A DNA stretch of 63,873 nt, filler included, from Lama guanicoe (GCA_013239625.1; 81 parts of 77 records of this genome joined end to end with filler, not necessarily neighbours in it); one strand, 5' to 3'. Shown: positions 22,720 to 36,879, counted from the first letter of the whole stretch. Notes: generated by a model from the sequence alone, not told the origin. Numbers and translations are program-made.

Positions 22720-23419
22720 NNNNNNNNNNNNNNNNNNNNNNNNNNNNNNNNNNNNNNNNNNNNTTAATTAATTAANNNNNNNNNNNNNNNNNNNNNNNNN
22801 NNNNNNNNNNNNNNNNNNNTGAGCAGTTTCACCTCCTGTCTTTTCTGTTTTATTATAATGTTTCTATTGTGTTACATGCAATTCACATACATTTTATTAT
22901 AATATTTCCACAATGCTACAGAGTTGATAATCATTATTTTTAGAGGCCACTTAAATGTCTATTGAGTTGATATAGCATAATATAATTAATACTCTCATTG
23001 GTAGATATTTTACTTCACTGCAGGGAAGAACCCCATGATTTTACCACATAAAAAAGGTCTTTAGAATTTCAATGCAAGTTAAATTGAACATGTACAATTG
23101 TTTGACATCTTTATGGTAGCTAGCCTTCCAGGTACTGATATGTCTCCAAAAATGCACTTCAACAAACATTTCTTGTAGCCTAACATTCACCACTCACTTT
23201 GATAAGTCTTAAGGATGTCTAATTGGTGGGAAACAGTCTCTAAACTTAAGAAGCTTCTAAATCAGTCACAGGTGACAGAAATCCAAAACAGTATGAGCTA
23301 GAACATATAAAAATGCAGCAAGTCTAGTAATGTGGTGTTGATGAAAATGGATGTGATAGAAAGGGAAAGGTGATATTTACACAGAAATCTGAAAGGGCGT
23401 TAGAAATTAGTGGCTTAGG

Positions 23420-23617
23420 ATGAGCCTGCTTAGGCTGCTATAACAAGATACCACATGTTGGGTGGCTTAAACAAGAGGCACACTTATTTCCATACCATTC
23501 TGAAGGCTAGCAGTCTGATATTTGTTGCCAACAGGTTGGTCTCTGGGAGACCTCTCTTTCTGCCTTGGAGATGATGATCTGCTCTCTGTGTCTTCATATG
23601 TCCCCTTTTTTGTATGT
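23420..23617. mobile_element. MLT1/MST MaLR LTR fragment
   Basis: gcttaggctgctataacaagataccac...gggtggcttaaacaa...cattctgaaggct. Confidence 0.7.
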
Positions 23618-24350
23618 NNNNNNNNNNNNNNNNNNNNNNNNNNNNNNNNNNNNNNNNNNNNTTAATTAATTAANNNNNNNNNNNNNNNNNNNNNNNNNNN
23701 NNNNNNNNNNNNNNNNNACTATTATTATTATTAATATTTTATGAAATAATAACAAGGTATCCCTCAACCATGCCCATGGCTGGTGGAAAACCAACTGAGC
23801 TTTTATTGAGTTGTTTTCCAAGGAACAGAGATGAGTTATAAACTGAACACAGTTTCAGGGCAAAACAGGCGGAGAGGTTTTCCAGCAGGCCAGACAGCTA
23901 TGAAGGGTTTTCAATAGAGGCACCCAGAGGCTGAGAGAGAAAGTCTCCAGGACCCTACAAAAAGCTGCCCAAACTGCCTTCTCCATGGCACTACTGAAAT
24001 AGGAAAGAACAAATCTGACTCCATATTTGATCTGTTCCTTTGAATTTAACAAAGCCAAGTTAATACGCTCCGGTCTTTTCATGGGTTATGATGTCACAGA
24101 GGAGAAAGAAGGACAGTTCAACAGGGAACCACTATGCCGTGATCACGGAGCCGGGGAACGGGATGGGCTGCAAGATGTATGACGCAGCCGCAACTGTGCC
24201 TGTGCTTCTAGGAAGGTACCCAAAGTCACCTCGACAAGGTGTCAAACACTNNNNNNNNNNNNNNNNNNNNNNNNNNNNNNNNNNNNNNNNNNNNTTAATT
24301 AATTAANNNNNNNNNNNNNNNNNNNNNNNNNNNNNNNNNNNNNNNNNNNN

Positions 24351-24796
24351 GAAATGGGAAAAGATGAAGTAAGAAATACAGCAAGACAGAGGGAGAGCAG
24401 GAAAGATGGCACCTGCTGGCTGGAGCATAAAGCTGGCACCCAAAGGGAAGGGAAAAAAGAGATGGTACCTGCCAGTTTTATTAAGGCAGAGGGAGAGCAG
24501 TAGGATGGCACCCATCACCAGCCTCAGCCCCTGGAGAGTTTTCCAGCAGCCCCTGCCCCTCAGACCAATGCTTTAACTTTTGGAAATGAGTCTCTTTCAC
24601 ATAAAGTGTGGGTGCTTTTCCAAGGGCCACTTCTGCACTTGGCCCTGGGACCAANNNNNNNNNNNNNNGAGTGGTTCCTGAATTCACCGCAGCCCAGTGG
24701 GCCTCACAGCCATGTGTCCTGAGGGTCTTCCAAGTCATATGCTTTGTGGGTTTCTCTCTCAGTTGTCAGTCTTCAAAGTTTGAGTCCCCAGTGCGG
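24351..24796 (-). mobile_element. Probable old LINE-1 5' UTR region
   Basis: Repeated aagatggcacctgc motifs and cctcagaccaatgctttaa, resembling laurasiatherian L1 5' ends read antisense. Confidence 0.35.
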
Positions 24797-25792
24797 NNNN
24801 NNNNNNNNNNNNNNNNNNNNNNNNNNNNNNNNNNNNNNNNTTAATTAATTAANNNNNNNNNNNNNNNNNNNNNNNNNNNNNNNNNNNNNNNNNNNNAATG
24901 GGAATGCAATACTGACAAAAAGTTGATTTTGGATAACAATGTGGGTAAATGTTCTCATGGATGCATTATGGGATGTGAGGATAATACCTGAGATCCAAAA
25001 CAATTTTATTGCTCAAGTGCTGGGCAAAGAACTGTAATGTTTCTGCATTATTAGCACTGAGGACTGCTTTCAAAATGATGACTACGCTCACTCTACTCCA
25101 GGTAGTTAAAGGAAAGAAAGNNNNNNNNNNNNNNNNNNNNNNNNNNNNNNNNNNNNNNNNNNNNNNNNNNNNNNNNNNNNNNNNNNNNNNNNNNNNNNNN
25201 NNNNNNNNNNNNNNNNNNNNNNNNNNNNNNNNNNNNNNNNNNNNNNNNNNNNNNNNNNNNNNNNNNNNNNNNNNNNNNNNNNNNNNNNNNNNNNNNNNNN
25301 NNNNNNNNNNNNNNNNNNNNNNNNNNNNNNNNNNNNNNNNNNNNNNNNNNNNNNNNNNNNNNNNNNNNNNNNNNNNNNNNNNNNNNNNNNNNNNNNNNNN
25401 NNNNNNNNNNNNNNNNNNNNNNNNNNNNNNNNNNNNNNNNNNNNNNNNNNNNNNNNNNNNNNNNNNNNNNNNNNNNNNNNNNNNNNNNNNNNNNNNNNNN
25501 NNNNNNNNNNNNNNNNNNNNNNNNNNNNNNNNNNNNNNNNNNNNNNNNNNNNNNNNNNNNNNNNNNNNNNNNNNNNNNNNNNNNNNNNNNNNNNNNNNNN
25601 NNNNNNNNNNNATCTAATAACTTTCAAAGCAACAGCCAACTTTTGTACTTTTGCCAATAGCCTAGTTTTCCAGGTAGAAAACTACAGATGGANNNNNNNN
25701 NNNNNNNNNNNNNNNNNNNNNNNNNNNNNNNNNNNNTTAATTAATTAANNNNNNNNNNNNNNNNNNNNNNNNNNNNNNNNNNNNNNNNNNNN

Positions 25793-26611
25793 GGCAGCCT
25801 CTGTCACTGGGATTTCCTGAAACCCCCCCTAGCATTACCTGGCCCAGAGACATGAGGAAAACACTCAGGGGAGACGAGCACAGGCTTTCCGTTAGAACCC
25901 ACGCGCTGCCGACCTTTGGTGGAACCTCCCCATTCTCAGGATTCCGGAACCGTTGTCATTGAGTGGGGGCGCTCGAGATAAAACTCCACGTAGCTCTCTT
26001 CAGTCACAGGGGTTCCCTGCACGGGGAAGTCCGAGAAATACCTTCCCTGACCTTGTGGGGGCAGCCTCTGTCACTGGGATTTCCTGAAACCCCCCCTAGC
26101 ATTACCTGGCCCAGAGACATGAGGAAAACACTCAGGGGAGACGAGCACAGGCATTCCGTTAGAACCCACGCACTGCCGAACTTTGGTGGAACCTCCCCAT
26201 TCTCAGGATTCCGGAACCGTTGTCATTGAGTGGGGGCGCTCGAGATAAAACTCCACGTAGCTCTCTTCAGTCACAGGGGTTCCCTGCACGGGGAAGTCCG
26301 AGAAATACCTTCCCTGACCTTGGGGAGGCAGCCTCTGTCACTGGGATTTCCTGCAACCCCCCCTGGNNNNNNNNNNNNNNNNNNNNNNNNNNNNNNNNNN
26401 NNNNNNNNNNNNNNNNNNNNNNNNNNNNNNNNNNNNNNNNNNNNNNNNNNNNNNNNNNNNNNNNNNNNNNNNNNNNNNNNNNNNNNNNNNNNNNNNNNNT
26501 TGAGTGGGGCGAGAGACAACTCCACGCAGTTCACTTCACTCACAGGTGTTCCCTGCTCGGGAAAGTCTGAGAAATACTTTCCCTGACCTTGGGGAGGCAG
26601 CCTCTGTCACT
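25793..26611 (+). repeat. 267-bp satellite family A
   Basis: Near-identical tandem monomers; gtgggggcgctcgagataaa at 25963 and 26230 gives a period of 267. Confidence 0.95.
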
Positions 26612-26711
26612 NNNNNNNNNNNNNNNNNNNNNNNNNNNNNNNNNNNNNNNNNNNNTTAATTAATTAANNNNNNNNNNNNNNNNNNNNNNNNNNNNNNNNN
26701 NNNNNNNNNNN

Positions 26712-27210
26712 ACATGTAAAAGTAAGATGTATGATCACTTCCTTCCATAGAATACAAAATCATATAAAAAATGATTAATTTCCTAAATGTAAAACCTGAA
26801 AATGTACAATTTCTGACCAAAAACATGAGGAGAACTTTCTTTGAGATAAATTGTAGCAATATTTATTGGTGATCTGTCTCCTAATTAAAAATAAAGGAAA
26901 ATTATCAACAATAGTTTTAAGTTTATGTAGAAAAATTTAGATGTACTACATGATACAGGGATTCTACTTCTTGTAGAAGTGTGAAGTGTAAAACCTTTTG
27001 CAGAGCAAAGGAAACCTTATACAACACATATGACAACACACAGAATAGAAGGAAAAATTTCAGACAATGAGACCAACAAGGTGATAATATCCATAATATA
27101 TATGTAGCATATTAGACTCAATATTTTAAAACACAGGCACCAACTTTAACACAGTTTAAGAATCTTCATGGAAAGTTTTCAAAAACAGACATGTGGATGA
27201 ATTTCATTCA
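26712..27210 (+). mobile_element. Old LINE-1 ORF2 3' fragment
   Basis: cctaaatgtaaaacctgaaa, ttttgcagagcaaaggaaacc and accaacaaggtgataatatcca motifs. Confidence 0.7.
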
Positions 27211-27310
27211 NNNNNNNNNNNNNNNNNNNNNNNNNNNNNNNNNNNNNNNNNNNNTTAATTAATTAANNNNNNNNNNNNNNNNNNNNNNNNNNNNNNNNNN
27301 NNNNNNNNNN

Positions 27311-29528
27311 ATTCAGAATGTAGAATACAGAATATAGAATGGAGAAATCTGGATTTAGAATATAGAATTCAGAATACTGTATATAGAATTTAGAATATAA
27401 AACGTATAACAGAGAATATAGAATTTAGAATACGGAATACTGAGTATACAAATTAGAATATAGAAAGTATAACACAGAATCTAGAATATAGTATAAGGAA
27501 TGCATAATATAGAATACAGAATAAAGAATGTAGAACACAGAATATAGAATATAGAATAGAGGAAATAGAACCAATAATTTAGAACATGTAATGCAGAACA
27601 CAGAATTTAGAGTATAGAATACATTATACTGTATATACAATTTAGACTACTGAATGTAGAACACAGAATATAGAATATAGAATACGGAATACTGAGTATA
27701 CAAATTAGAATATAGAAAGTAGAACACAGAATCTAGAATATAGTATAAGGAATGCATAATATAGAATACAGAATAAAGAATGTAGAACACAGAATATAGG
27801 ATATGGGAAACAGAATACAGAACCCAGAATTTAGCACATGGAATGCAGAACACAGAATTTAGAGTATAGAATACAGAATACTGAATATAAAATTTAGAAT
27901 ATAGAATGTAAAACAGAANNNNNNNNNNNNNNNNNNNNNNNNNNNNNNNNNNNNNNNNNNNNNNNNNNNNNNNNNNNNNNNNNNNNNNNNNNNNNNNNNN
28001 NNNNNNNNNNNNNNNNNNNNNNNNNNNNNNNNNNNNNNNNNNNNNNNNNNNNNNNNNNNNNNNNNNNNNNNNNNNNNNNNNNNNNNNNNNNNNNNNNNNN
28101 NNNNNNNNNNNNNNNNNNNNNNNNNNNNNNNNNNNNNNNNNNNNNNNNNNNAATTTATAAAATGGAATGCTGAACAAAGAATTTAGTATATAGAATACAG
28201 ATTACTGAATATAGAATTTAGAGTATAGAATGTCGAACACAGAAATTAGAATATAGAATACGGAAAGCAGAATTTAGAAGGTAGCATATAAATGAAGAAC
28301 ACAAAATATAGAATATACGAGAGAGAATATAGAACACNNNNNNNNNNNNNNNNNNNNNNNNNNNNNNNNNNNNNNNNNNNNTTAATTAATTAANNNNNNN
28401 NNNNNNNNNNNNNNNNNNNNNNNNNNNNNNNNNNNNNAGTATTCTGTATTCTGCATTCTAAATTCTGTGTTCTGCATTCGATGTTCAAATTTCTATATTC
28501 AGTACTCTGTATTCTATATTCTCAATTCTGTGTTCTGCATTCAATGTTCTAAATCTGGGTTCTGTATTCTGTTTTCCATATTCTATATTCTGTGTCCTAT
28601 ATTCTATATTCTGTATTCTATATTCTGCATTCCATAATTTAAGTTCTATATTCTGTTTTCTACATTAAATATTCTAACTTCAATATTCAGTATTCTGTAT
28701 TCTATATTCTAAATTTTGTGTTCTGCATTCCATGTTCTATATTCTGTATTCNNNNNNNNNNNNNNNNNNNNNNNNNNNNNNNNNNNNNNNNNNNNNNNNN
28801 NNNNNNNNNNNNNNNNNNNNNNNNNNNNNNNNNNNNNNNNNNNNNNNNNNNNNNNNNNNNNNNNNNNNNNNNNNNNNNNNNNNNNNNNNNNNNNNNNNNN
28901 NNNNNNNNNNNNNNNNNNNNNNNNNNNNNNNNNNNNNNNNNNNNNNNNNNNNNNNNNNNNNNNNNNNNNNNNNNTCTAAATTGTATATGCTATATTTTAT
29001 ATTCACTATACTATATTGTATATTCTAAATTCTGTGTTCTGCATTCCATGTTCTAAATTCAATATTCAGTATTCTGTATTCCATATTCTACATTCTATAT
29101 TCTAAATACTATATTCAGAATTCTGTATTCTATATTCTAAATTCTGAGTTTACCATTCAATTTCTAAATTCAGGATTATATATACTCTTTTATATATTCT
29201 AAATTTTGTGTTCTGCATTCTATATTCCACATTCTATATTCTGCATTCCGTATTCTATATACTTTATTCTGTGTTTTACATTCTATATTCTAAATACTAT
29301 ATTCAGAATTCTGTATTCTATATTCTAAAATCTGTGTTCTGCATTCCATGTTCTAAATTCTGAGTTCTATATTCTCTACTCTATTCTATATTGTGTGATT
29401 TTCATTCTATATCCTACATAATTTACTCTGCATTCCGTATTGTATATTCTATATTATGTGTTCAACATTTTATATTCTTAATTCTATATTCTGTATTCTG
29501 TATTCTATATTCTAAAATCTGTGTTCTG
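27311..29528. repeat. Heptameric satellite, two scaffolds (27311-28337 plus, 28438-29528 minus)
   Basis: 7-bp periodicity; internal 252-bp repeat (tacggaatactgagtatacaaattag at 27431 and 27683). Confidence 0.95.
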
Positions 29529-29628
29529 NNNNNNNNNNNNNNNNNNNNNNNNNNNNNNNNNNNNNNNNNNNNTTAATTAATTAANNNNNNNNNNNNNNNN
29601 NNNNNNNNNNNNNNNNNNNNNNNNNNNN

Positions 29629-30060
29629 TTTTTTCTTATGATGTCGTATAGGCTGCTTATATATTCTGGAGATCAAGTCATTGTCGGTTTCATTTGCAAA
29701 ATTTTCTCCCATTCCGTAAGTTGTCTTTTTGTTTTACTTATGGTTTCCTTTGCTGTGCAGAAGCTTGTAAGTTTCATTAGGTCCCATTTGTTTATTCGTA
29801 CTTTTATTTCTATTGCTTGAGTAGACTGTTCTAGGAGAACATTTTTGAGATGTATGTCAGATAATGTTTTGCCTATATTTTCTTCAAGGAGGTTTATTGT
29901 ATCTTGTCTTATGTTTAAGTCTTTGATCCACTTTGAGCTGATTTTTGTGTATGGTGTAGGGAAGTGTTCTAGCTTCATTGATTTACATGGTGCTGTCCAA
30001 TTTCCCAACATGATTTGCTGAAGAAACTGTCTTTATTCCATTGTATATTCTTGCCTCCTT
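29629..30060 (-). mobile_element. LINE-1 ORF2 C-terminal region
   Basis: [50 protein letters not shown]...INKWDLMKLTSFCTAKETI. Confidence 0.93.
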
Positions 30061-30829
30061 NNNNNNNNNNNNNNNNNNNNNNNNNNNNNNNNNNNNNNNN
30101 NNNNTTAATTAATTAANNNNNNNNNNNNNNNNNNNNNNNNNNNNNNNNNNNNNNNNNNNNACTGATCCACCCAGAGAACTCTGCCCGGTTACCTAGGATC
30201 CAACAGCCAAACCAAGCCTCGCGGTACACACCAACATTCCACCTGGAATCCAACGGGTAACTTCCATCCCCAATGGCTGCTGCATCTTGTCATTGTTGGG
30301 GGAGGGGCTGCATCCGAGGAGAGGTTCGTAAGGTAAATTTGATTCTACCCACTTGCATCCCATGGGCCTTTCTTCTTTCCTCTTTCCTTTTATTCAGATC
30401 TGTATGTACAGTACCAATGGAGAGAAGTGTGTCCAATCTTTAAACTTTCTAAAAGTACACAGTACATAGAGACCCACTATAAGAGACTTATGTTCCTATA
30501 ATATCCATACACCCGGAATACATATGCGTCGCCAGATTTCAGCTGAAACACCCTGACTCTCAGGGCATGGATCCATTTGATTCATGGGGGCTGAAATTCC
30601 AAGATATGAAACCAACCCCAATGTGCACTTTATTGTCTGTCTCTTTTGCTCTTTGTACACTTTGGCAGAGCTAATTACCTTTGTTATAGGCTTCTTACAT
30701 TTCTTCTCTACATAGCGTTGAATATGNNNNNNNNNNNNNNNNNNNNNNNNNNNNNNNNNNNNNNNNNNNNTTAATTAATTAANNNNNNNNNNNNNNNNNN
30801 NNNNNNNNNNNNNNNNNNNNNNNNNNTGG

Positions 30830-31145
30830 AAAAGAGCAGGGGGCCCATCTGACTGGCCCTCTGGAGTTGTCACACTCAGATTTCCCCACGCTGAGCCTCC
30901 CACTGGCCTCAGGGACCTGTTAAATCTGCCTGCCCCTGGGGTTCTTACAAAAGACGATTCTGCCCTGGGAGCTGTGACTTTCTAAGCCTGCCCGGCTGCC
31001 TCTCTGGGTTGGGAGCAGCTTTCCCCCTCAGTTTTCTTGTGGATCTAAGAAGAGCAGTGGGTTTTCAGCTCCCTCAGCTCTGGTATTTTAAGGACAGAAG
31101 GAGCAACTTCTGAGCTCCTCACAAGCTGGACTAGAGTCTGCAAGC
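30830..31145 (-). mobile_element. Probable ancient L1M 5' end
   Basis: gtggatctaagaagagcagtgggttttcagct...caacttctgagctcctcacaagctggac resembles L1MC/L1MD 5' ends read antisense. Confidence 0.4.
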
Positions 31146-32313
31146 CTCCCCTCCTCTGCCTCCATGCAGACAATCAGTGGCTGTGGTTCTAGCCGAATTT
31201 CTGAAGATGTGGATTTAAACACACACATCCCAGCCCCCACAGGAGCACACAGTCCCATAAATCCCTACAACATCCACTGGTAACTACGGAGCTGATGAGG
31301 ACATGGGTTTCGGGGCTGCAGGGGCCTGACTGCACGACTTGCTCTGTGGCCTATTAACGTGGTTGCTCTGGGCCTTGTCCCAAGTGGCTTGCTTACTATA
31401 CCTGGTACATGGGAAATATAAAATAAGTACTAGAACCTCCAATTTTTCTCCCTCTTGNNNNNNNNNNNNNNNNNNNNNNNNNNNNNNNNNNNNNNNNNNN
31501 NNNNNNNNNNNNNNNNNNNNNNNNNNNNNNNNNNNNNNNNNNNNNNNNNNNNNNNNNNNNNNNNNNNNNNNNNNNNNNNNNNNNNNNNNNNNNNNNNNNN
31601 NNNNNNNNNNNNNNNNNNNNNNNNNNNNNNNNNNNNNNNNNNNNNNNNNNNNNNNNNNNNNNNNNNNNNNNNNNNNNNNNNNNNNNNNNNNNNNNNNNNN
31701 NNNNNNNNNNNNNNNNNNNNNNNNNNNNNNNNNNNNNNNNNNNNNNNNNNNNNNNNNNNNNNNNNNNNNNNNNNNNNNNNNNNNNNNNNNNNNNNNNNNN
31801 NNNNNNNNNNNNNNNNNNNNNNNNNNNNNNNNNNNNNNNNNNNNNNNNNNNNNNNNNNNNNNNNNNNNNNNNNNNNNTTTTATCAGACAGAGGTTGCTTC
31901 TGTTGCTTGTTAAGTGAAACAGTGCATCAGGAAACCAGACTATTTCTAAGATCAGTAAAATACCAACTTCGGTCAGCTCGCCGGGCAGACCGTGCAGCAC
32001 AAATTCCCGCACAGGGCTGTGCAAATGCCTTACGTGAAGGGTCCTCATCATCTGTCTTCAGAGATACAGAAGTTGGTGGTTCAGGTAAAACCTCATGGAG
32101 GGATTGAGGAATCCAAAGCTGGTTAGTTTCAGAGACTAACCAGTCGGACCAGACCCCTGAGCTCTGGTCAGAAGCCTGGCTCAATGTCACGCAGACTCAG
32201 CGCCCTAAGTGTCNNNNNNNNNNNNNNNNNNNNNNNNNNNNNNNNNNNNNNNNNNNNTTAATTAATTAANNNNNNNNNNNNNNNNNNNNNNNNNNNNNNN
32301 NNNNNNNNNNNNN

Positions 32314-32833
32314 AGAACACAGAATTTACAATATAGTATACAGAATACTGAATATAGAATTAGGTATATAGAATGTACAACACAGAATATAGAATATAGA
32401 ATACGGAATGCAGAATATAGAATGTAGAATATAGAATGAAGAACACAAAATATCGAAGATAGTATAAAGAATATAGAATCCAGAATTTAGAACATGGAAT
32501 GCAGAACACAGAATTTAGAGTATAGAATACAGAATACTGTATATAGAATTTAGAATATAGAATGTAGAACACAGAATATAGAATATAGAATANNNNNNNN
32601 NNNNNNNNNNNNNNNNNNNNNNNNNNNNNNNNNNNNNNNNNNNNNNNNNNATAGTGTAAGCATAATGTAGAATACAGTATATAGAATGTAGAACACAGAA
32701 TATAGAACATGGCAAACAGAATACAGAACCAAGAATATAAAACATGGAATTCAGAACCCAGAATTTAGAGTATAGAATACACACTACTGTATATAGAATT
32801 TAGAATATACAATGTAGAACACAGAATATAGAA
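32314..32833 (+). repeat. Heptameric satellite
   Basis: AGAATAT-type 7-bp periodicity. Confidence 0.95.
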
Positions 32834-33225
32834 NNNNNNNNNNNNNNNNNNNNNNNNNNNNNNNNNNNNNNNNNNNNTTAATTAATTAANNNNNNNNNNN
32901 NNNNNNNNNNNNNNNNNNNNNNNNNNNNNNNNNTGGGATAGCGACCGAGGGAAGAAGGAGTGGGGGGATGTGACCCTCTTCCACAGGGCTGGGATGGGTA
33001 TTTCAGACGTGTTGATGTGATTAGCTGGTGGCCCTCACATTGTGAGATGGATCAGCCAGCTGCAGGGATTTGGGCGGCTGAGGCACCAATAAATCTCTGG
33101 AGATTATTTGCCTCAAGGGATTTGAACCCTGAATGGAGCCCAGGGACTCCCTGAGAAGTGCTGGTGACTTCCAGTCAAAGATGAGAGAGGAAGGAAAAGA
33201 AAGCTCTTTGCTTAATATGTGTATG

Positions 33226-33384
33226 TACACACAGACACACACACACGCAGACACACACACATACACAGACACACACACATACAGACACACACAGACACAC
33301 ACACAGACACACACATACACAGACACACACACATACACACAGACACACACACAGAGACAGACACACAGACACACACACAAACAC
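33226..33384. repeat. Compound (CA)n microsatellite with CAGA/CATA interruptions
   Basis: Direct reading of the sequence. Confidence 0.95.
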
Positions 33385-34539
33385 TGACGACAAAGAAAAG
33401 AGGAGACACCCCTGACGCCTGCAGCATTCACGTCCGTGGCTGGTCCCGCAGGCACAGCTGGGAGCCACAGCCCCCTCCTTCTGCTGCTCAGGCTCTGTTC
33501 CCTTTGCCTTCCGCAAGCGTCTCAGCTGGTCATGGTTCTTGACCTTGGGGTGGGGGTGGTGACTCATACTTTCATTCCCGAAGGTTCTGGGCTATGAGCA
33601 GACCTGTTTGGACTGCCGGGTTGACCTTGGTTTGTGGTGGCCCACGTTGCTGAGTCCTTGCATAATTTCCGGCCTGGTCAACACCTGTTCTGAGGCCGTG
33701 GGATGAAGAGACAGGAGGCTGGGAAAGATGCTGCCTGGGACCTGCAGAGTGAGTCATCCTGGCCCTTTAAAACAAAAGTCCTTCCTCCACTCAGATCACC
33801 CATTGGTGGCGGTTCACACTGGACACAAATATCTTCACTTTTTTTTTGCACTCCGGGAGCGTTCTATCCACATATCTTTCCCCAATTTAATTTTTTGACC
33901 AACTTTCCTATCATGTTTCTTNNNNNNNNNNNNNNNNNNNNNNNNNNNNNNNNNNNNNNNNNNNNTTAATTAATTAANNNNNNNNNNNNNNNNNNNNNNN
34001 NNNNNNNNNNNNNNNNNNNNNAGTACATCCTTCAAGGGTGGTTGTGCCTAAGAAAGACCATACGTAGACTCTTCAGGTTAGTGCCGGGCACATGTTTCCC
34101 AGCGTGATTCACTGCAGCCGTGACTATTTTTGTTGCCACTTTTATTCATATTACTGTTTTCAGCGTGCAAACAGCTTCTCCTTACCCGACCTCTAGCTGA
34201 TTTTAAAGTATTATATTTCAGACTAGGGAAGAAATGGGGAATCCTTTATTTAAATCTTTACCTGCTTCTGATAAGTGACCTCAGCGTCCTTTCTTGTCCA
34301 TCAGAGGACTTTAAATTAGCAACTTCTACTGTGTGCTACCCAGGTAGGACGGGAGGCTTCTTTTTTGTCCCTCCGTTGTGGCCTTGGAGGTCATTTGCAG
34401 AGATGAGCACTCGAGCATGTAAGTGGTCAGTTCTCCAGGGGTGGGCAGGAGATTAACTTGGTAAACTAGACCAAATTAACTGTTTGAGTTAATTATGCTA
34501 ACTAAGTTCCTAAGGGTGGAGCTGTCTCTTTTATTTTAG

Positions 34540-34677
34540 ATCAGCACTGATGCTTGCTGTGTTTCATGACTCGCCGGACATGGTCAAGCTCCTTCTTCAG
34601 AAGCATGTTAATGCCAGTTCTCTCGATTTTCAAGGATGGTCTGCTGAAAGATATGCTTGTCGTAATGGTTTTAATCA
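34540..34677 (+). CDS. 138-bp ankyrin-repeat exon of an ANKRD26/POTE/ANKRD18-family gene
   Basis: tcttttattttag acceptor, open frame (R)SALMLAVFHDSPDMVKLLLQKHVNASSLDFQGWSAERYACRNGFN, GTAAGT donor. Motif, 138-bp length and phase 2-2 match the family's last ankyrin exon as I recall it. Confidence 0.85.
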
Positions 34678-35450
34678 GTAAGTGTTTACGTTAAAATGTC
34701 AGTTATCTCTAAACTGAGGTTGAAAATGACCTAACTGTTACTTGTTACGTGACAGGTGAGAGTTCNNNNNNNNNNNNNNNNNNNNNNNNNNNNNNNNNNN
34801 NNNNNNNNNTTAATTAATTAANNNNNNNNNNNNNNNNNNNNNNNNNNNNNNNNNNNNNNNNNNNNAAAGAAATTATAGTTCTGCTTAGGCCACTGTTGAT
34901 CTTAAAAGGTGGGAGACTTCCCCTGGCCAATTAATACCTGCTGTGAGCCTGACAATAAATATGAACTTTCTCATAAGATCAAACTCAATGAGAAACACAA
35001 AATTTTAACCCAAAAATACAACTTCTCGACTATTAAATTCTTACTCGTGACTTTATTAACGTTACTAGTTGTATTACTTAATTTATAAAATTGTTGTCTG
35101 TTACATTTCCCAATGTGTAACTAGGCCTACAAGATTGATGATTGCTAAACATCTTGAAGAAACAGACAGAATTTATAACTTTGAATAAAATAAATATAAT
35201 AGTGTGATTCTAGGTATGGGAGTGAGCAATGAAGGGTAAACACTTCCTGGATCATAATAGACTAGTAAGACAGGTGATCCAGAGAACTTTTAGTATCAAC
35301 AAGGCCTAATAAAATAACCTAACACCTTGAATGGCAGCTCAGAGGATTCTTCACCTGAACTAGGAATGAGCCATTGTAGCACCGTGGGACAAAATTGGTC
35401 ATGAAATGTCTCTCAAAATATTGGTCGAATTTAGGACCAAGGGGGAGCAC

Positions 35451-35676
35451 TGTGAATGAAAATACTGCAACCATGTCAGTAAACAAAGAATGCTTAATCC
35501 AAGTCATCAGCGGCTGCTGCCAAACTCCAGCGAGGAGAGGCCTGAAGCCCGGCCTCTCAGCCACTCACAGAGGTGCCCTCTGAGTGGACTCAGTGTAGAA
35601 AATACAGGATACTGGCCCTAGATAGGGAGGGGCTTGCCAAAGGAATGAATACAATGACCCAAATGTTTGCTTCCCA
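35451..35676 (+). mobile_element. Probable ERV LTR 5' part
   Basis: TG start (tgtgaatgaaaatactgcaacc) followed by an LTR-like body (caggatactggccctagatag). Confidence 0.4.
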
Positions 35677-35776
35677 NNNNNNNNNNNNNNNNNNNNNNNN
35701 NNNNNNNNNNNNNNNNNNNNTTAATTAATTAANNNNNNNNNNNNNNNNNNNNNNNNNNNNNNNNNNNNNNNNNNNN

Positions 35777-36314
35777 CCGAGAAATACCTTCCCTGACCTT
35801 GGGGAGGCATCCTCTGTTACTGGGAGAACCTGCAAACACCCCTAACATTCCCTGGCACAAAGATATTAGGAAAACCCTCAGGAGAGACAAGCTTAGGCAT
35901 TCCGTTTGAACCCGAGCGCTGTCGACAGTTGGTGGAACCTCCCCAAGCTCAGGATTCCGGAACCATTTTCAGTACTTGGGGGAGTTCGGAGACATCTCGG
36001 CGCAGCTCTCTTCAGTCACAGGTGTTCCCTGTTCGGGGAAGTCCGAGAAATAACTTCCCTGACCTTGGGGAGACAGCCTCTGTCACTGGGATATCCTGCA
36101 AACCCCCCTAGCATTCCCTGGCACAGAGACATTAGGAAAACCCTCAGGGGAGACGAGCTTAGGCATTCCGTTTTAACCCGAGCGCTGTCTACAGTTGGTG
36201 GAACCTCCCCACGCTCAGGATTCCGGAACCATTGTCAGTGCGTATGGGAGCTCGGAGATATCTCGACGTAGCTCTCTTCAGTCACAGGTGTTCCCTGTTC
36301 GGGGAAGTCCGAGA
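35777..36314 (+). repeat. Satellite family A (266-bp monomers here)
   Basis: ccgaga anchor at 35777, 36043 and 36309. Confidence 0.95.
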
Positions 36315-36414
36315 NNNNNNNNNNNNNNNNNNNNNNNNNNNNNNNNNNNNNNNNNNNNTTAATTAATTAANNNNNNNNNNNNNNNNNNNNNNNNNNNNNN
36401 NNNNNNNNNNNNNN

Positions 36415-36879
36415 TTTAGAATATAGAATACAGAATGCAGAATATAGAATTTAGAATACAGAAAGAAGAACATACAATATTAATTATAGAATACAAAATA
36501 TAGAAGCCAGAATTTACAACATGCAATGCAGAACTTAGAATTTAGACTATAGAATACAGAATACTGAATACACAGTTTAGAATATAGAATGAAGAACACA
36601 GTATATAGAATAGAGTATAGAGAATATAGAACCCAGAATTTAGAACATGGAATGCAGAACACAGAAAGAATATAGAATAAAGAATGCAGAATATACAGTG
36701 TAGAATATTGAATGAAGAACACAGAATATAGAATATAGAATAGAGAATATAGAACCCAGAATATAGAACATGAAATGCAGAACACAGAATTTAGAATATA
36801 GAATACAAAACTCTAAAAATAGAAATTAGGAACAGAATGTAGAACACAGAATTTAGAATATAGAATACAGAACACTGAA
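36415..36879 (+). repeat. Heptameric satellite
   Basis: 7-bp periodicity. Confidence 0.95.

Noticed and set aside
33021..33567. Cys/Val- and Thr/His-rich ORFs
   Set aside because: Translations of the (CA)n microsatellite.
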